Source of the DNA: the human T2T-CHM13v2.0 reference genome, Homo sapiens
DNA length: 64,000 bases
NCBI RefSeq assembly: GCF_009914755.1
Contig: NC_060926.1
Strand: one strand, 5' to 3'
Part shown: positions 1 to 12,807 of the stretch, piece by piece
Layout of the letters: every line of letters begins with the position of its first letter
Numbering within the stretch: position 1 is the first letter of the stretch
Notes under the pieces: model-generated
Told to the model about the DNA's origin: nothing
What the model saw: only the letters and a program-made list of their open reading frames with translations
Database searches by the model: none
Translations under genes and position numbers: made by a program

Positions 1-1297
1 CCAAGTAGAGAAACCAGAATGTCAATGCATTAATTTTTAACTGAAACAAAAGATGACCACCAACTTTACCAGCGCTTACTTCCTGTGGCCAAACATTTGC
101 TCCGTGTAGACAAATTACACTGGGAAACCAAATGATAATCAGAAGTTTGCTCAACAACCTTGGAGGGAAAAGAGTGAGAATTGTTTCCAATTTGAAGGCG
201 TCCTAACATCACGTGAACTCATTTCTATGGCAAGGCATTGCTGGCAGCTACAGTGGACCCGCCTCTAGGCCGGGAGCCCTCCCTGCACCGGGAGGACACT
301 GTGTCTGTGTCTGCCTCTCTGCTTCTTCTGAAACATTCAGCCCATTCTCCAGAAACACAAACACTGTCTTTGCACGTGATCATGCTCTGAACATGGCTGT
401 AGTAAAAGTATGTTCAGAAGACAGCCAGGGTGTTTTGCTCCTCTGATTTGACTTATAATTTAACTCTTTAAACAAGTTATTTCTAATTTCTTGGGGACAG
501 GAAGAATGTGCATTTGGCCGGCAAAGGAACTGAGGCTCAAGAGTTCACAGGACTCAACTATCCCCGGCTACCCAGATGATGGCTGCCAAACTGGATTACA
601 ACCCAGGTTTTAATCTAAACTAAATCCAACTAAAAAGGAGTAAATGTCTGAAAATGCCAGTCAAAGCACGAAAGGTTAAGTGGCTAAATTTGGCACCTAA
701 CCACATCAACCTCTGTGGCTAAGAAGCTGGAAAGTGGAGACCCTGACTTCTACTCCTTTATAACTTCCCACAGTACCTGGTCCAAAATGTGCTCAGGCAG
801 GCTATTCATACGTGTTGACAGCTAAGTAACCCCCTTCCCCAGATGGTCCCAAACATCCACAGAGGCCTAAGGCTAAACCACATATTTTTTTCCCTTTTCC
901 CTTCAAGTCACCTTTCAACCCACACCAGGACTCCTTCAGGGAACAGCTGGGGGTCCCTGAGTCTCTTGCTGGAGGGTCTGCACCATCCTCTCCCTGTCCC
1001 AAAGTTCTCTGAGTCTCTGGACCTTTCTGTCCCCCTGTCTTCCCCACTTGGACTCTACTTCATCTTAGAGATGCTCCCATCGGGTTTGGGTTGGTGACGG
1101 TTATCCTTAGAGGCACAGGTGGGTCCTACCTCCATCCTGGACCAGGGCACCCTTCCTTCACGGTGGCCATCCCCTCATTGCTAGCAAAGCCTCTGTGGCT
1201 CCCTGTCCCACTGAAGATTCCCACCCTGCCAGGACTTTGGAGCAGAAGGAAAATTCCATCTGGCCTCACATTTCACAGGTACTTCTTGAGTGCCTGG

Positions 1298-1385
1298 GAT
1301 TTAACCTCTCAGCTCCTCAGTTTCTCCATCTGTAAAAGTAAAGGAGGTCAGGTTGGATGATCTCTAAGCTCCCTTCCATCTCTGT
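1298..1385 (+). mobile_element. MIR/MIR3 SINE fragment
   Basis: Core-like TTAACCTCTCAGCTCCTCAGTTTCTCCATCTGTAAAA followed by a MIR3-type tail GATGATCTCTAAGCTCCCTTCC. Confidence 0.7.
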
Positions 1386-2159
1386 TCATTGGTGATTCTC
1401 AGTGCATGAACATTTTTAAGGATCACTGGAAGGGAGTATAACATAAATAATCAATTTAGTGAAAACACATACATTCCAATGAAATGCAAATTTCTTTAAG
1501 ATGACTATAGCAGTAGTGTAAAGTGAGTCTGGGTGATAGCATGGAAGTCATCCCTATACCACCTGCAAAGGGACTGCCCTCAGGGAAAAATAACTGAGTA
1601 GTAAAGGAAAAGGAAGTGATGCTATTTTATCATGTCGACTTCCCGGTATATTGTTTTAAGCTATTTGATGTTTTGGCTTTTATGGTAGGAAAAAACATCT
1701 ACCTGTAGAATGTTCAAATGAGTTGTCCATTTTCACGTGCACATTACAAACCAGAAGAACATTTATCATATAAGGTAATGGAAGCCTGTTTATGTAAGCT
1801 TGTTATGTTCAAGGCAACAAATTCAGAGTGTGTAGGCTGTACGTACAATGCAGTTTTTAAATCTGCTTACATTAAAAATTCTTTCTTTTCTGACATCTTC
1901 TGGTTCCTTTTTTCCTTATCACAAGGTTTCCTGAGCTGGGCTCCATAGACATTAAGAGACTTCTGGATGCACCTCAGAGGTGCCCTCAGCCCCCTAAAGT
2001 TGTGGGGCATATGCACTCTTTCATAGTGGCTTTCATCTGATTTTCAAAGGGACCCTTGCCCCGCAAAGTGGCCTCTGATTATGCTTCTCGTTCTTAGGCA
2101 GGGGAGAAAAATTTCCCAACAAGACCTGTATATGGATAAGCCACCTAGCAGAAAGAATC

Positions 2160-2365
2160 TCAATTCTGGATCAGAGAGACCTGGGTTCACATCAATTTGC
2201 CAGCTGAACTCTACTTTTGGACAAGTTAATTAAATACTGTGATTCTGAGCTGCCTCCTTTCTGTAAAATGTGGGTGATAGCATTTGTCTAGTTTACGAGT
2301 TACTGTGAGGATGAAATTATTTGCTCTCTGTAAGCCCCAGCACACCATTTGTGCTCAATGGCTGG
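2160..2365 (+). mobile_element. MIR SINE
   Basis: AGACCTGGGTTC...TTTCTGTAAAATGTGGGTGATAG...TGTGAGGATGAAAT matches MIR layout. Confidence 0.65.
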
Positions 2366-3411
2366 TAGACCCCTCAACACTAAGGAAAACCAGAGCTGCC
2401 TCCCCAGGGTAGCTCCCAGCTCACCAGCACATCCTGCAGAGCTGTAAGACTAAAATGTAAGCACAACTCAGTCAACTAAACCTCACTGAAATCAATGTTT
2501 CTTTGCCTTCACAAGTTCGATTTCTCCTCAAGATGGTTTCTATGCAGTCCCCGTGAGAGTTGACTGAGAATCACCATACACCAGATGTCTAATCCCCAGG
2601 TTCCAACACCTCCCTCATGCAGCCACTATAAGAGGAAAAATGGCTTCCACACCCACCCAAAATCTTCGCTGCAATGCTGTTTTGTCCTTCCACCTTGGCC
2701 AATAAAGCCACTTCCTTGTGCTTGAGGCACCTCAGTATCCCACTTCTACTTCTTTCTTGACTTTCATTTCTTATACCTTGTCTTGAGCCACATCCTCTGT
2801 GCTAGAAACAGCTCCCACTTCCTGCTGGCCCAGCACCTCTGAGCACTTCCTCTCCATGGCTATACTCTTTCAGGAGTTTCTACACCCATATCACTGGGGG
2901 CTGTTTCTAAACCCTCCTCCGGTTGGGAAAGTGGAAAGTTGGTAAGTTCCCTGTAAAATATGCTGTGTGCTAGAGACCAGGAGGCCTGTCCAGTTCCCTA
3001 TGTCCAATATGGGACAGCTCAGAACCTCTCATTCCCACCTCTAAGCAAAAGCAAGAGTTTTCATGTGAGTTTCTGAAACTTGGCACTTAATGCTGTTGTT
3101 CTCATGGTGTTGAGATAAGGAATACGGGTCAGTGTATGAACTCCAGCTTCCCCACTAACCGGCCTGCGATCTTGAGCCCTTAACCTCTGTGAGCCTCAAT
3201 CTATTAAGTAGATAAGACGCAGTCTGTATTCAGATGACAATTACAAGGTTGGTATTAGATTCTATGGTCAGGCAAGACAAGGCCTGCAGGAGGGAGGAAA
3301 AGGGGGATTCTTCCTGGCTGAGGTAAGGAGGAAGGGAACATCAGAGCTGAGCCCTTCCAATTCCCATAAGCCCTATAAAGTTAGATTTATGTAATAAGTT
3401 TATTATAGAAG

Positions 3412-3580
3412 AATAATAGTAACCATTTATGGAATACCTACTTGGCAACAAGTGCTAAATATGCCTTGTTCCTTACCCTGGCAACATGGACCTTCGTGTT
3501 CCCATTTTGCAGATGTGGAGTATGAGGCTGAGAGGTACATGACTTCCCTCCAAAGCCTGGTGGAACCAAGTCTGTCTGGA
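3412..3580 (-). mobile_element. MIR SINE
   Basis: AATAATAGTAACCATTTAT...CCCATTTTGCAGATGTGGAG...GAGGCTGAGAGG is the antisense MIR core. Confidence 0.7.
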
Positions 3581-4479
3581 GGCCCTACCACTGCCACACA
3601 CCTTCCTGGTGTTATTTGTAGCTCTAGAAGAAGAGAAGGACTCTAAGGTCAAAGGTGTTAGAGGTATTGTAATGAGATGATGAACCAGGAGGCCTCTGGC
3701 ATTCCCTCTCCCTCTCCTAAGATGGTCCTTCTTTACAGACATGGGCAGAACTAAAGCCTTGGAAAGAGCCTAAGCAGACAAGCAGCCAGGGAAAAGGGCA
3801 CCCAGGTCCTGGCTGGCACCAGCCTGGCTATGGAGTCCTCCCCACAGGAAAAAGATGCCGATGTCAAGAAACTCAAGCTTAAGTCAGTAACAGCACCCTG
3901 ATGGCCTTGGTCACTTCCTCAGGGCACCTGGACACACCCCAAGGCCTTACAGAATTTCAAATTTGGTTCAATGGCAGTGTCTGATTTTCTAGACTTACAA
4001 ATCTGTAGATTATCCAGAAGAGCAACCAAAGTGCAATTATTTTTATGGTGGTCTCTGCTGTAAGACATTTTGCAAATTCAGAGTCCTATGCTTCAGAATG
4101 AAAGCTCTTCCCAAACTCCAGGGTCAATGGATTAAAGGAGTGGATCTGGCTCTTGGCAGTGCCTGGGATGGCCAACATGCAAGCTCCCTAACCCCTTACC
4201 TCCTCCCTAACCCCTCACCTGTGTTACAGGTGAGACAGCCCTGTCGGTTCTCCTAGGGAAGGGGAGATGCATCAAACTGATGACAGCTACAGAGTGCTGA
4301 GACACGGAGTGGACATGGACACCAAGATGGCCGTAGGAGCTGCTGATGAAGCAGTGCCCGAAGTGACTGCTATTAGGAATAGCACAGAACGAGTTTCTTC
4401 ATCACCTCCTTCGAGAGGGTGCCGTGATGGAACAGACGTAATTTTCACCCTCAGCTGGGGTGGACACCCTGCTATACAG

Positions 4480-5015
<536 letters not shown>

Positions 5016-6371
5016 CTAAACAGAAACCCCAAGAATGGGATTCCCCATGGCAGCCAGGAACCCCTGCAGCCTGCAAGGTGTGTATATGGCCCAATGGGCC
5101 CACCATGGAAAAGAGCACCACCCCCTGCCCTAATTAGCCTCAGGCGCTGAGGGCCCTTAAAGAATTGTGAGAGATCTCTGATGCACAAATTAGATGCATT
5201 TGCCAAAGGAAGTTACAATGTTTAGCTTTCCTTCTACTTCCAGAATCAAGTGCTCCAAATAAACACTTCCAAAAGTGCAGGCCTAATGGCTGCATTAGGT
5301 GCTAACAAATCGTTAAAAGGTGGATGATTTTTTCTCGTGGTTTCTCACCCAACTCCCCCCAGCAGGCTTCCTCAAATGATTGATGGTCTCCATGGCAACC
5401 GTGGAAGTCCTGCTCACCTGAATTCCCCAACCCCGTCACTCAACCAGTTTGCAGGACAGTCGGGACTGCACTGAGCCCTCCGGGATCCCTGAACAAAGGT
5501 TATTTTGAAATAGCTTACGTGGCCAGGAGGTGAGTACTTTGTTCCTGAAACCAGGTGCTGAGATGACAAATACTTCCCCTTAACGGTTGGGGCTTCATCA
5601 GACAGGGGACCGTAGGTCTGATGTACATTAGAATAATCAGATGAATTGAAACAAGGAAGAGCATCAACCAGGCTATAGGCCTGTGAGCAATTTCTGTAGA
5701 AATGTAAGCCAAAGAAGTGATGTTAGGCTCCACAAGTAGCCATTGTTTGTAACATTTCTGCAATAGCACCACCTGAAAAAGCAGCCACTTATTGTCAGGG
5801 CTCTTAAAAAAAAAATAAATACTTCCCTAAAATCAGCGCAGCACACGTCAGTATAACGGCTGTCACCTGCTAGCTGTTTGGACCGTGCTAAAACCTTTTT
5901 CCATATTCAAAAAGGTTGTTTCAACTACATTTAAGCAGGAAAAATCAATGAGGGAAAATCACAAACTGGATCCGGCTACAAGGAGCTCAGAGAGGAGAAA
6001 ATCAGGCTTTCCCAGCCTGCAGAGCTCCCTGCCAGACAAATGACAATGACAGGGACTGAAATTAAAAGAGAAGGGACACAACGCCCTTTCCACTTAACTC
6101 CAAGGGCAAGCTCTTTTGGTTTGCAGCTACATTTGCCAACCCCTCACCTAGGATTCTCCCGAGAGATATAGGAGACATTTCCAGACTCTCAAAAGAGCCC
6201 ATAAAATTGCTTTAGAAATGGGACTAACCTTTTGCAAGGTGAGAAGTCTGCCTTCATTACATATCTTAGGAAAAAAAAATAACTATGAGAAGCAAGACTC
6301 GAAATCTACCACAAGAAAACACCAACAACAAACGGAATTAATAACTCTGAACACCAAAGAATGTACCTGCT

Positions 6372-6640
6372 CTTTCATTCAACCAGCTTTTATTAAACTA
6401 TTACCTACCAGACACTGTGGGAGTTACTGGGATGTTGGGGTGTATAATTCTGGATCTGTGCCCTGGAGGAGCTTGTATGGGAAAGACAGACACTAAACAA
6501 ACAGTTGCGACACCGTGGACTAGCCCTGTGCCAACAGCAGGAATGAGGTGATATGGGAGCCAATTCACCCACTTGGAGGCTCAAGAACAGGGGGATTTTG
6601 CCAGATGCAGCAGGGTGATGATAGGATTAGACAGGATGAT
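6372..6640 (-). mobile_element. L2 LINE 3' fragment
   Basis: TCATTCAACCAGCTTTTATT...CCAGACACTGTG...TGCCCTGGAGGAGCTT...AGACAGACA resembles the antisense L2 3' end. Confidence 0.65.
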
Positions 6641-8299
6641 AATGGAAGTCCAGAAATGTGAGTTACAGCCACACCTTAAGGCACACCTCTCACTTCCTTA
6701 GTGCCCTATGAGAATGCCTGGCCCCTACGGCTGCAGAGCAGTACAAAGGTTAACGAGATGTGGGAAACCACTCAGAATTTTTATGCTAAAGTCATTACAT
6801 TTGAGAGCGATTTCATATTGGCTGGACTTTGGTCTCAGTCAATATGATTTCATCTGGCACCATTTATGTTACCAACTTAAACTGGCTGCTATTTCCCCAA
6901 AAAAGTATTTCCCTAAAAATCTTCACATATATGTCTGCCTTTTCATCAATTAAGGAGTATTTACTGCACACCTCCATGTGTTCATATCCTATTTGACATC
7001 TATAAATGAATCTTAAAAAGTGCAACTAAGCAAGCGTGTATCAGTGGCATCCATCTTCTGGTTTTCCTTTTCATTTTGATTGGTTTGCTATTCAATATGT
7101 ACGTGCAATTTTTTTCTTCAAGAAAGGATTCAGCCTATCACACTTGTCTGTGTTTTTGGTTTCTGTGGAAAGAGCCTAACATGCAGTGGACACCAGGATA
7201 ATGGCATTTGGCAACAGAGGTCAATGCTACCTGTGGGGACTGGGGTTTCACTATCCCCAGGAAATGGACCTACATGTTAACAAGGAAAGTTTGCCATTTA
7301 CCGGGCTTCTGATGGTAACAGATTTGAGAGAACTAGCTGGTGAGTGGCACCAACAAGAAGTCAGCGATCCATCCGGGGTGGCCCAGGCTCAGCCACACAA
7401 GAGAAACTGCACTGTCCTCTGCACCCACGTCTGACATTGGTCCTCCCGTGAAGCTTCATGGGGGTGAGGACCAATGCTCCAGGGAACTCCTCCAACACAC
7501 AGGATCGGGCCCTCCCCCTCCTCATCTGAGTTATATCTGGGCTCTCTTTTTCTTTAAGGGGACAAAGGAGAAAGAATGCCAAGCTTACTGGTGCATTAAA
7601 TGATTGAGAAATGTTTGCCATTTAAAGCTGTTTCACTTCCTGCCTGATACCACAAAGAAGCTTTTTAATGAAGTTAGCCTTTGCCTTTCTCAATGCCACT
7701 ATGCGCCTGGCTTGTTTTGCCCACTTTCTGTTTTCAAAGCTAGGTATGATCAGGAAACACGTGGTTTCTATTGTTTCAAACAAGTAAATTTCAATTCAGT
7801 CAATTTAGGGGAAAAAGTCAGGGGGCGTCCAAAGGACAGGGTAGAGGGGCGGAGCATACGAGGATGGCCGAGGGGGCACAGACAGCAGGCAGCGGGGTCC
7901 AGGTCTTCACCCTGCTCTGAAGGGGCCTGGCTGCCCTAAGTCAGCCCAGGCTCCCACGGGAAGCTGAGCCCTCAGGCTTGGGGGGTACTATGGGCTCCCA
8001 GAGTAGGGCCCCCCTCATTCCACACGTGCCCTTGCTGACTAAACCCTAAGCCCCAGGGTTGGCACATGACTTTCCACAGCTACAGCCAAAAAGACAAACA
8101 CCACAAATTGCTTCGTGACCCCTTGTCAAGAGTGCTCCCAAAATGAGAAAATCTATACCACAAGAGTCCTACCACTGGGACACAGCCAACTTCAGGACCA
8201 GCACGAAAGCCCTGGCCAAACCATCCTGCTGCTACTAAAGTATGAGTTGTCCATATGACTGACAGAATCTCTGGTTTAAAGTAACTGTGGCTACTGCTT

Positions 8300-8520
8300 C
8301 TTCAGTGCTTATGGGCATGTCGGGTACTTAGCACTTGGTGTACGCCTATTCATTTAATCTTCCCAGCATCTTGCAAGACAGGTGTTGCTATCTCTTTTTA
8401 CAGATGAGGAAACAGAGACAGAAAGAAGCTAAGGAATTCCAAGGTATCTGGGTCAGCTGCTGATGCAGCCCTACCCAAGGTGTGAGAATGTAAGTCCATG
8501 CTCTGTATTACCAAGTACAG
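8300..8520 (-). mobile_element. MIR SINE
   Basis: TCATTTAATCTTCCCAGCA...TTTTACAGATGAGGAAACAGAG. Confidence 0.75.
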
Positions 8521-8705
8521 TGTTCCAGGGTTTTCTGTTCTGCCCCCACCTCCACCCCCAGCCAATACCTATGTTTGAAAAAGGCCCGTTTCTAGCAGCG
8601 TGTTCATATTTATTCATTAAGTACTTATGAAGGGTCCACTGTTGGTCAGGTCCTGGAGATAAAGAGATGAATATCATGGTATCTGTCTTCTACACGTGTA
8701 CTCTC

Positions 8706-9018
8706 CAGTACCCTCCACGATGGTGCCACTAGCCACATGTGTCTATTGATTGCTCAAAATTTGACTAATATGAATTGAAATACGTAAAGTGTAAAATACA
8801 CACCAGGCTTCAAAATCTTCTTATGAAAAAAGTGTAAAATATCTTAATCATGTTTCTATTGAATCTTATTGAATCTATGTTAAAATTATATTTTAATATA
8901 TGGATTAACTAAAATCATTTTTATTTCCATGCATTTCTTTTCCTTTTTAAAACGTGGCTGCTAGATAGTTTGAAGTGACCTACGTGGCTCACGTTCCATT
9001 TTTATCGGATTGCACTGC
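8706..9018. mobile_element. MER33 (hAT-Charlie non-autonomous DNA transposon) inserted in an L2 fragment
   Basis: GCCACTAGCCACATGTG...GTGTAAAATACACACCAG...TGTAAAATATCT...GTGGCTGCTAGA...GTGGCTCAC matches MER33; L2-like sequence at ~8600-8705. Confidence 0.8.
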
Positions 9019-9769
9019 GCTAGAGGCACATGTCTGGAGAGGAGGAGACGTGAACAGAGCTGTCCCCATGGCCCAGGCAGGCAAGGAAAGCAAAGGAAGC
9101 ATGAAGGGAGGCCAGAGGAAAGCAAGGGAAATGCCACGCCTGCCTTACGAGCTCCGACAGGGAAGTCGAGCCCTCTTATCAGTGGTCTAGTTGACTGGAG
9201 AGATAATCTACCACGCTCGCCAGCCTGTTCTGGAGAGACTCAATGACAACCCTATCACGTTAGAGGACCTGGCTCAGCAGTAGAACACAGGCTGGCAGCA
9301 GAGACTGTGGGATTCAGCTCTGGACACCAGCACCAGCTCAGATGGGAGCTCTACTGTGGTTTTCACTTTGCTCTGGCTTTATTTTTATCAAAAGTATTCC
9401 AGGCCCCAAACCTCCCTCCTTAAACTTCCAGGAGAGGTTCAAAAATCCCACCTGCCTTATTTATGTAAACCATTCCTCTCCCCTCAGCCCCTTGGCAGCT
9501 CGTGATATACACTCTTTGTTGCTTACTCAGTGTCCACTCCTCTGTCGTATCTTACTGGAAGAAGCCCATTTGGGTTCAGAAAAGCCATGGGTCCAGCAGC
9601 CCCAGGCAGTGGGTCCTGATCCTCTGTCTAAGCCAGTCTTGATAATTTCACTCCTCACTGCCCAGCCTGCCCTGAAGTTAGGGGTGGGCTGTCACTCAGT
9701 TCTGACATGACACCAAGGCCAGAGACTGCTTTGGGGCCAGTGTCTAGAAAACTTTGGATTCTTGGTAAA

Positions 9770-10060
9770 ATGAGACAGATGAGGTTCAAAATGTCTCTCC
9801 TGCCCCAAACATCTTCATTCTGCCCCAGACGTGACCACTGCAGCTCCAACAGCCATATTGCAAACAAGAGAAGAATTCTAAGAAAACTGCAGAAGGTTAG
9901 TGCTAATATCACCGAGTTTATGAACCAGCACCAGTAACCACTGACCTCCAGTCTTCCTGTTACATGAGGAAAAATAAACTCCTCATTACTTAAAAGCCAT
10001 AGAGTCAAGCAGTCAGATATGCTGTTACTTGCAGCCTTTGACATATACAAACCAAATATA
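9770..10060 (+). mobile_element. Ancient MaLR LTR (MLT1K/J-like), 3' part
   Basis: CAGCCATATTG...ACCTCCAGTCTTCCTGTTACATGAGGAAAAATAAAC...CTGTTACTTGCAGCC. Confidence 0.7.
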
Positions 10061-11011
10061 AAGCGGGAAAATCGTTTGTCCAAAAATGTAGACTGTTCCA
10101 AAGAAACTCAACATCAACATCAACCACTTCCCACATCACTCTCTGCCTGATATTTAAGCACATTTTAATCACAATTCCCAGGGAACTCTGTGTGTTCTTC
10201 TCCTTTGAATGTATTGCGTCCATATAAGAGGTGGGAAAACTAGTAGTTATGGTTGAAGACCTACACGTGGCATTCTTAATTCTATATAAACCTCACAGTT
10301 CCAGGAAAGTTTCTCTCCACCTATGCAACATGTATAATTTTTTCACTCCCCAATGTACAAGAAATTACAGGGAATATTTTATTGTTCCTCAAAAAATTAA
10401 TATGGTCATTGTCATTTAATATGGTTTAAATTTTTTAAAATTTTAAAATTTTTTTTAAAGTGTTTCTTCCTCCCCAGACACTATTTGGCTGCCTACTCAG
10501 TGACAAGTCCCTGCCAGACCCGGTGATTCAAAGCCCAGTTTTGCTCAGGTGTGGACAGCCCTGGGCTTGGGGTGACCAGGGCCCTCCCTGGCCCTAGGGA
10601 GTAAGTCCTCATTCATCCAAGCTGATCGTAGCAATTCCCTTCTCCTTGATGAGACAGGTTTGGGAAAAAACATAAGGCATAATTCTGGCTAACAAGCTGA
10701 GAGAGGAAGTCTGCTGGGAAACTTCTGAGGAAGCTCCTTCCTCTGAAAATGAGGCATTCACACGGGCCAGGCTGCAGGCACCACAGATCTGAAGCTGCGG
10801 TCACTCAACACAGAGATGCCTGTTATGCTCGTGTGAGAGTCCAGGGCAGTTCCAAGTGGCTGGGACAAGGGAGCAGTGGGCACAGGGAGCTCTGCTCCAT
10901 GCAGTTATTGAGACTCAAGCACAGGCTGTACCATCTTCAAAACCTGGCTTCCACAGTTGCCCTGATGGTCAGACCCCAATTAACCAAAGGGGGAAAGAGC
11001 CTGGTCTGCTG

Positions 11012-11160
11012 TCCTTGGCAGCATCTCCTAGAAGGACAACTTAGTGACCCCAGGAACAGTTGCATTGTTGTTGGATGACAGCAGTAAAAGTGCACAACAT
11101 ACCGCCCTGCTGAAATCGAGAATTCTTTGCACCACCTGAACCAAGCTCATGTGTTTTAAA
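11012..11160 (+). repeat. Local low-copy duplication, copy 1
   Basis: Aligns by eye to 11788-11941 with about 16 substitutions and 2 indels over ~150 bp. Confidence 0.92.
11071..11144 (+). ncRNA. Candidate box C/D snoRNA-like cassette, copy 1
   Basis: TTGGATGA (box C-like) ... CTGA 11110 (D') ... CTGA 11136 (D) ... CCAA; ends TTGG/CCAA are complementary; 74 nt. Confidence 0.3.
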
Positions 11161-11787
11161 GACTCCTGCACAGAGACGCTTCTGGGCTGGGCATGCAGAT
11201 GGCTTTCACCCTCCATCCATCAGACTCAGCCACATGGCCATGCCTGACCGCAGGGGAGGCTGGAAGATATGGTCTGGCTGTGTGTGCAGAAAGAAAAGGA
11301 AACAGCTTTGGTGCAAAAATGAAAATGCAGAGTGCCATGTTCATAATTACTAAGAATTTCCAAACAGAGGCAGCAGAGCATTACATCAGTGTAGGACCCT
11401 TCTCGGCGTGGGTTCTGTGTGGCTGCACGGTTAAACACTCAATTCAGGCCTGGACAGAGGAGGTGCTTGTCATATGGCAGCCAGCACCATCTCCTCCCTT
11501 CCTGACCCACCATGTACCTCCAGCCCATGCTACCTGTTTTCCCATTCACATTCTATCTTACGTCATCTTTCCCCATAGCTCCTTGTGGTCAGGAACCACA
11601 TCACATGCCTGAGTGCACATAGGCACTTTGAGTGACTAAAGGTATCCCCAAATCAAATTGATTCTAAGTGTTCAGGGTAACAATTTCATGATGCAAAAGA
11701 AAGCACACAGATTTGAAGGTTTGATGTGGCTTTGACAGGAGTAACTAAAATCAGTTTAGCAAATCAGATTAAATTTGTGGCCCGTTT

Positions 11788-11941
11788 TCCTTGACAGCAT
11801 CTCCTAAAAGTACAGCTTAATGACTCCATGAACAGTTGCATTTTTATTGGATGATAGTAGTAAAAGTGCACAAAATATCTCTCTGCTGAAATAGAGAATT
11901 CTTTGGCACCACCTGAACCAAGCTCATTTGTGTGTTTTAAA
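11788..11941 (+). repeat. Local low-copy duplication, copy 2
   Basis: Aligns to 11012-11160 at an offset of ~776 bp. Confidence 0.92.
11847..11921 (+). ncRNA. Candidate box C/D snoRNA-like cassette, copy 2
   Basis: TTGGATGA ... CTGA 11886 ... CTGA 11913 ... CCAA; internal TCTCT/AGAGA stem; 75 nt. Confidence 0.33.
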
Positions 11942-12255
11942 ACAATTTGCATTTGGCCTCATGCTATGTTGTTCTTGCCTGCATGGCCCTGATGGTGCCA
12001 GTGTGGGATGATTCTGCAATGGTACGTACTCCTATAGCCAGGATGGCCCACAAGCCCTGTCACCCAGACATCCTCCTTTCCAGCCAGGTCACCTAACAGT
12101 GACAGCAGTGGTTTCCCGAAAGGGGTACAGTCCAGTGCAAACCTGGCAGTTTCCAGGCACTTAAAAGTCCAGAAGGAGGGAACCAGCTGCAAAGGGAGGG
12201 CCCAGGCCACACCAGGCTCTGAGCTTCCAGGTGAACACCCAGCTGTTCATTATGT

Positions 12256-12361
12256 TGTGATGATGATGGTGATGGTGATAATGATGGTGATGGTGATGAT
12301 GATGGTGACAGTGATAGTGATAGTGACGGTGATGATGGTGATGGTGAGGATGATGCTAATG
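12256..12361. repeat. (GAT/GGT)n imperfect simple repeat
   Basis: GATGATGATGGTGATGGTGATAATG...; explains the Met/Val-rich ORF at 12257. Confidence 0.95.
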
Positions 12362-12807
12362 TTAGCCTCCTCTCAAGTTTATCATTCCCTCATTGAGTCA
12401 ATTTGTATTTGCAACTGTTTATTGACTTTTCCACTCAGCAGGTGCACCTGGACATCGGGGTCGCTGAAGGCAGCTATGGTCCAGCCTCATGACTGTGAGG
12501 AGAGTGGAGAGGGAGAGTCCTCAGGGCTGGCCAGCAGTCATCCCCCACTTCTGCTGTGAAGAGAGGAGAGCAAGAGCAACTGTGTCCACATGGAGCTGTT
12601 GACTCCCTCCTCTTCCTCAGAACCAAGAAACTCCCATGTACTCTACCCGGCATAGGTCCAGTAGGAATACTACACATAAATTAATCCAAAGCTCTAAGAA
12701 GTGAGTGCTGAAAATGACTTTGGATGACATTTATCAGATGGGAAAGCGCACAGAGAGACACACACAACACATGCATACACAAGGTATGCACACACACCAA
12801 TGACAGG

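Noticed and set aside
12257-12559. Met/Val-rich ORF
   Set aside because: Translation of the (GAT/GGT)n repeat
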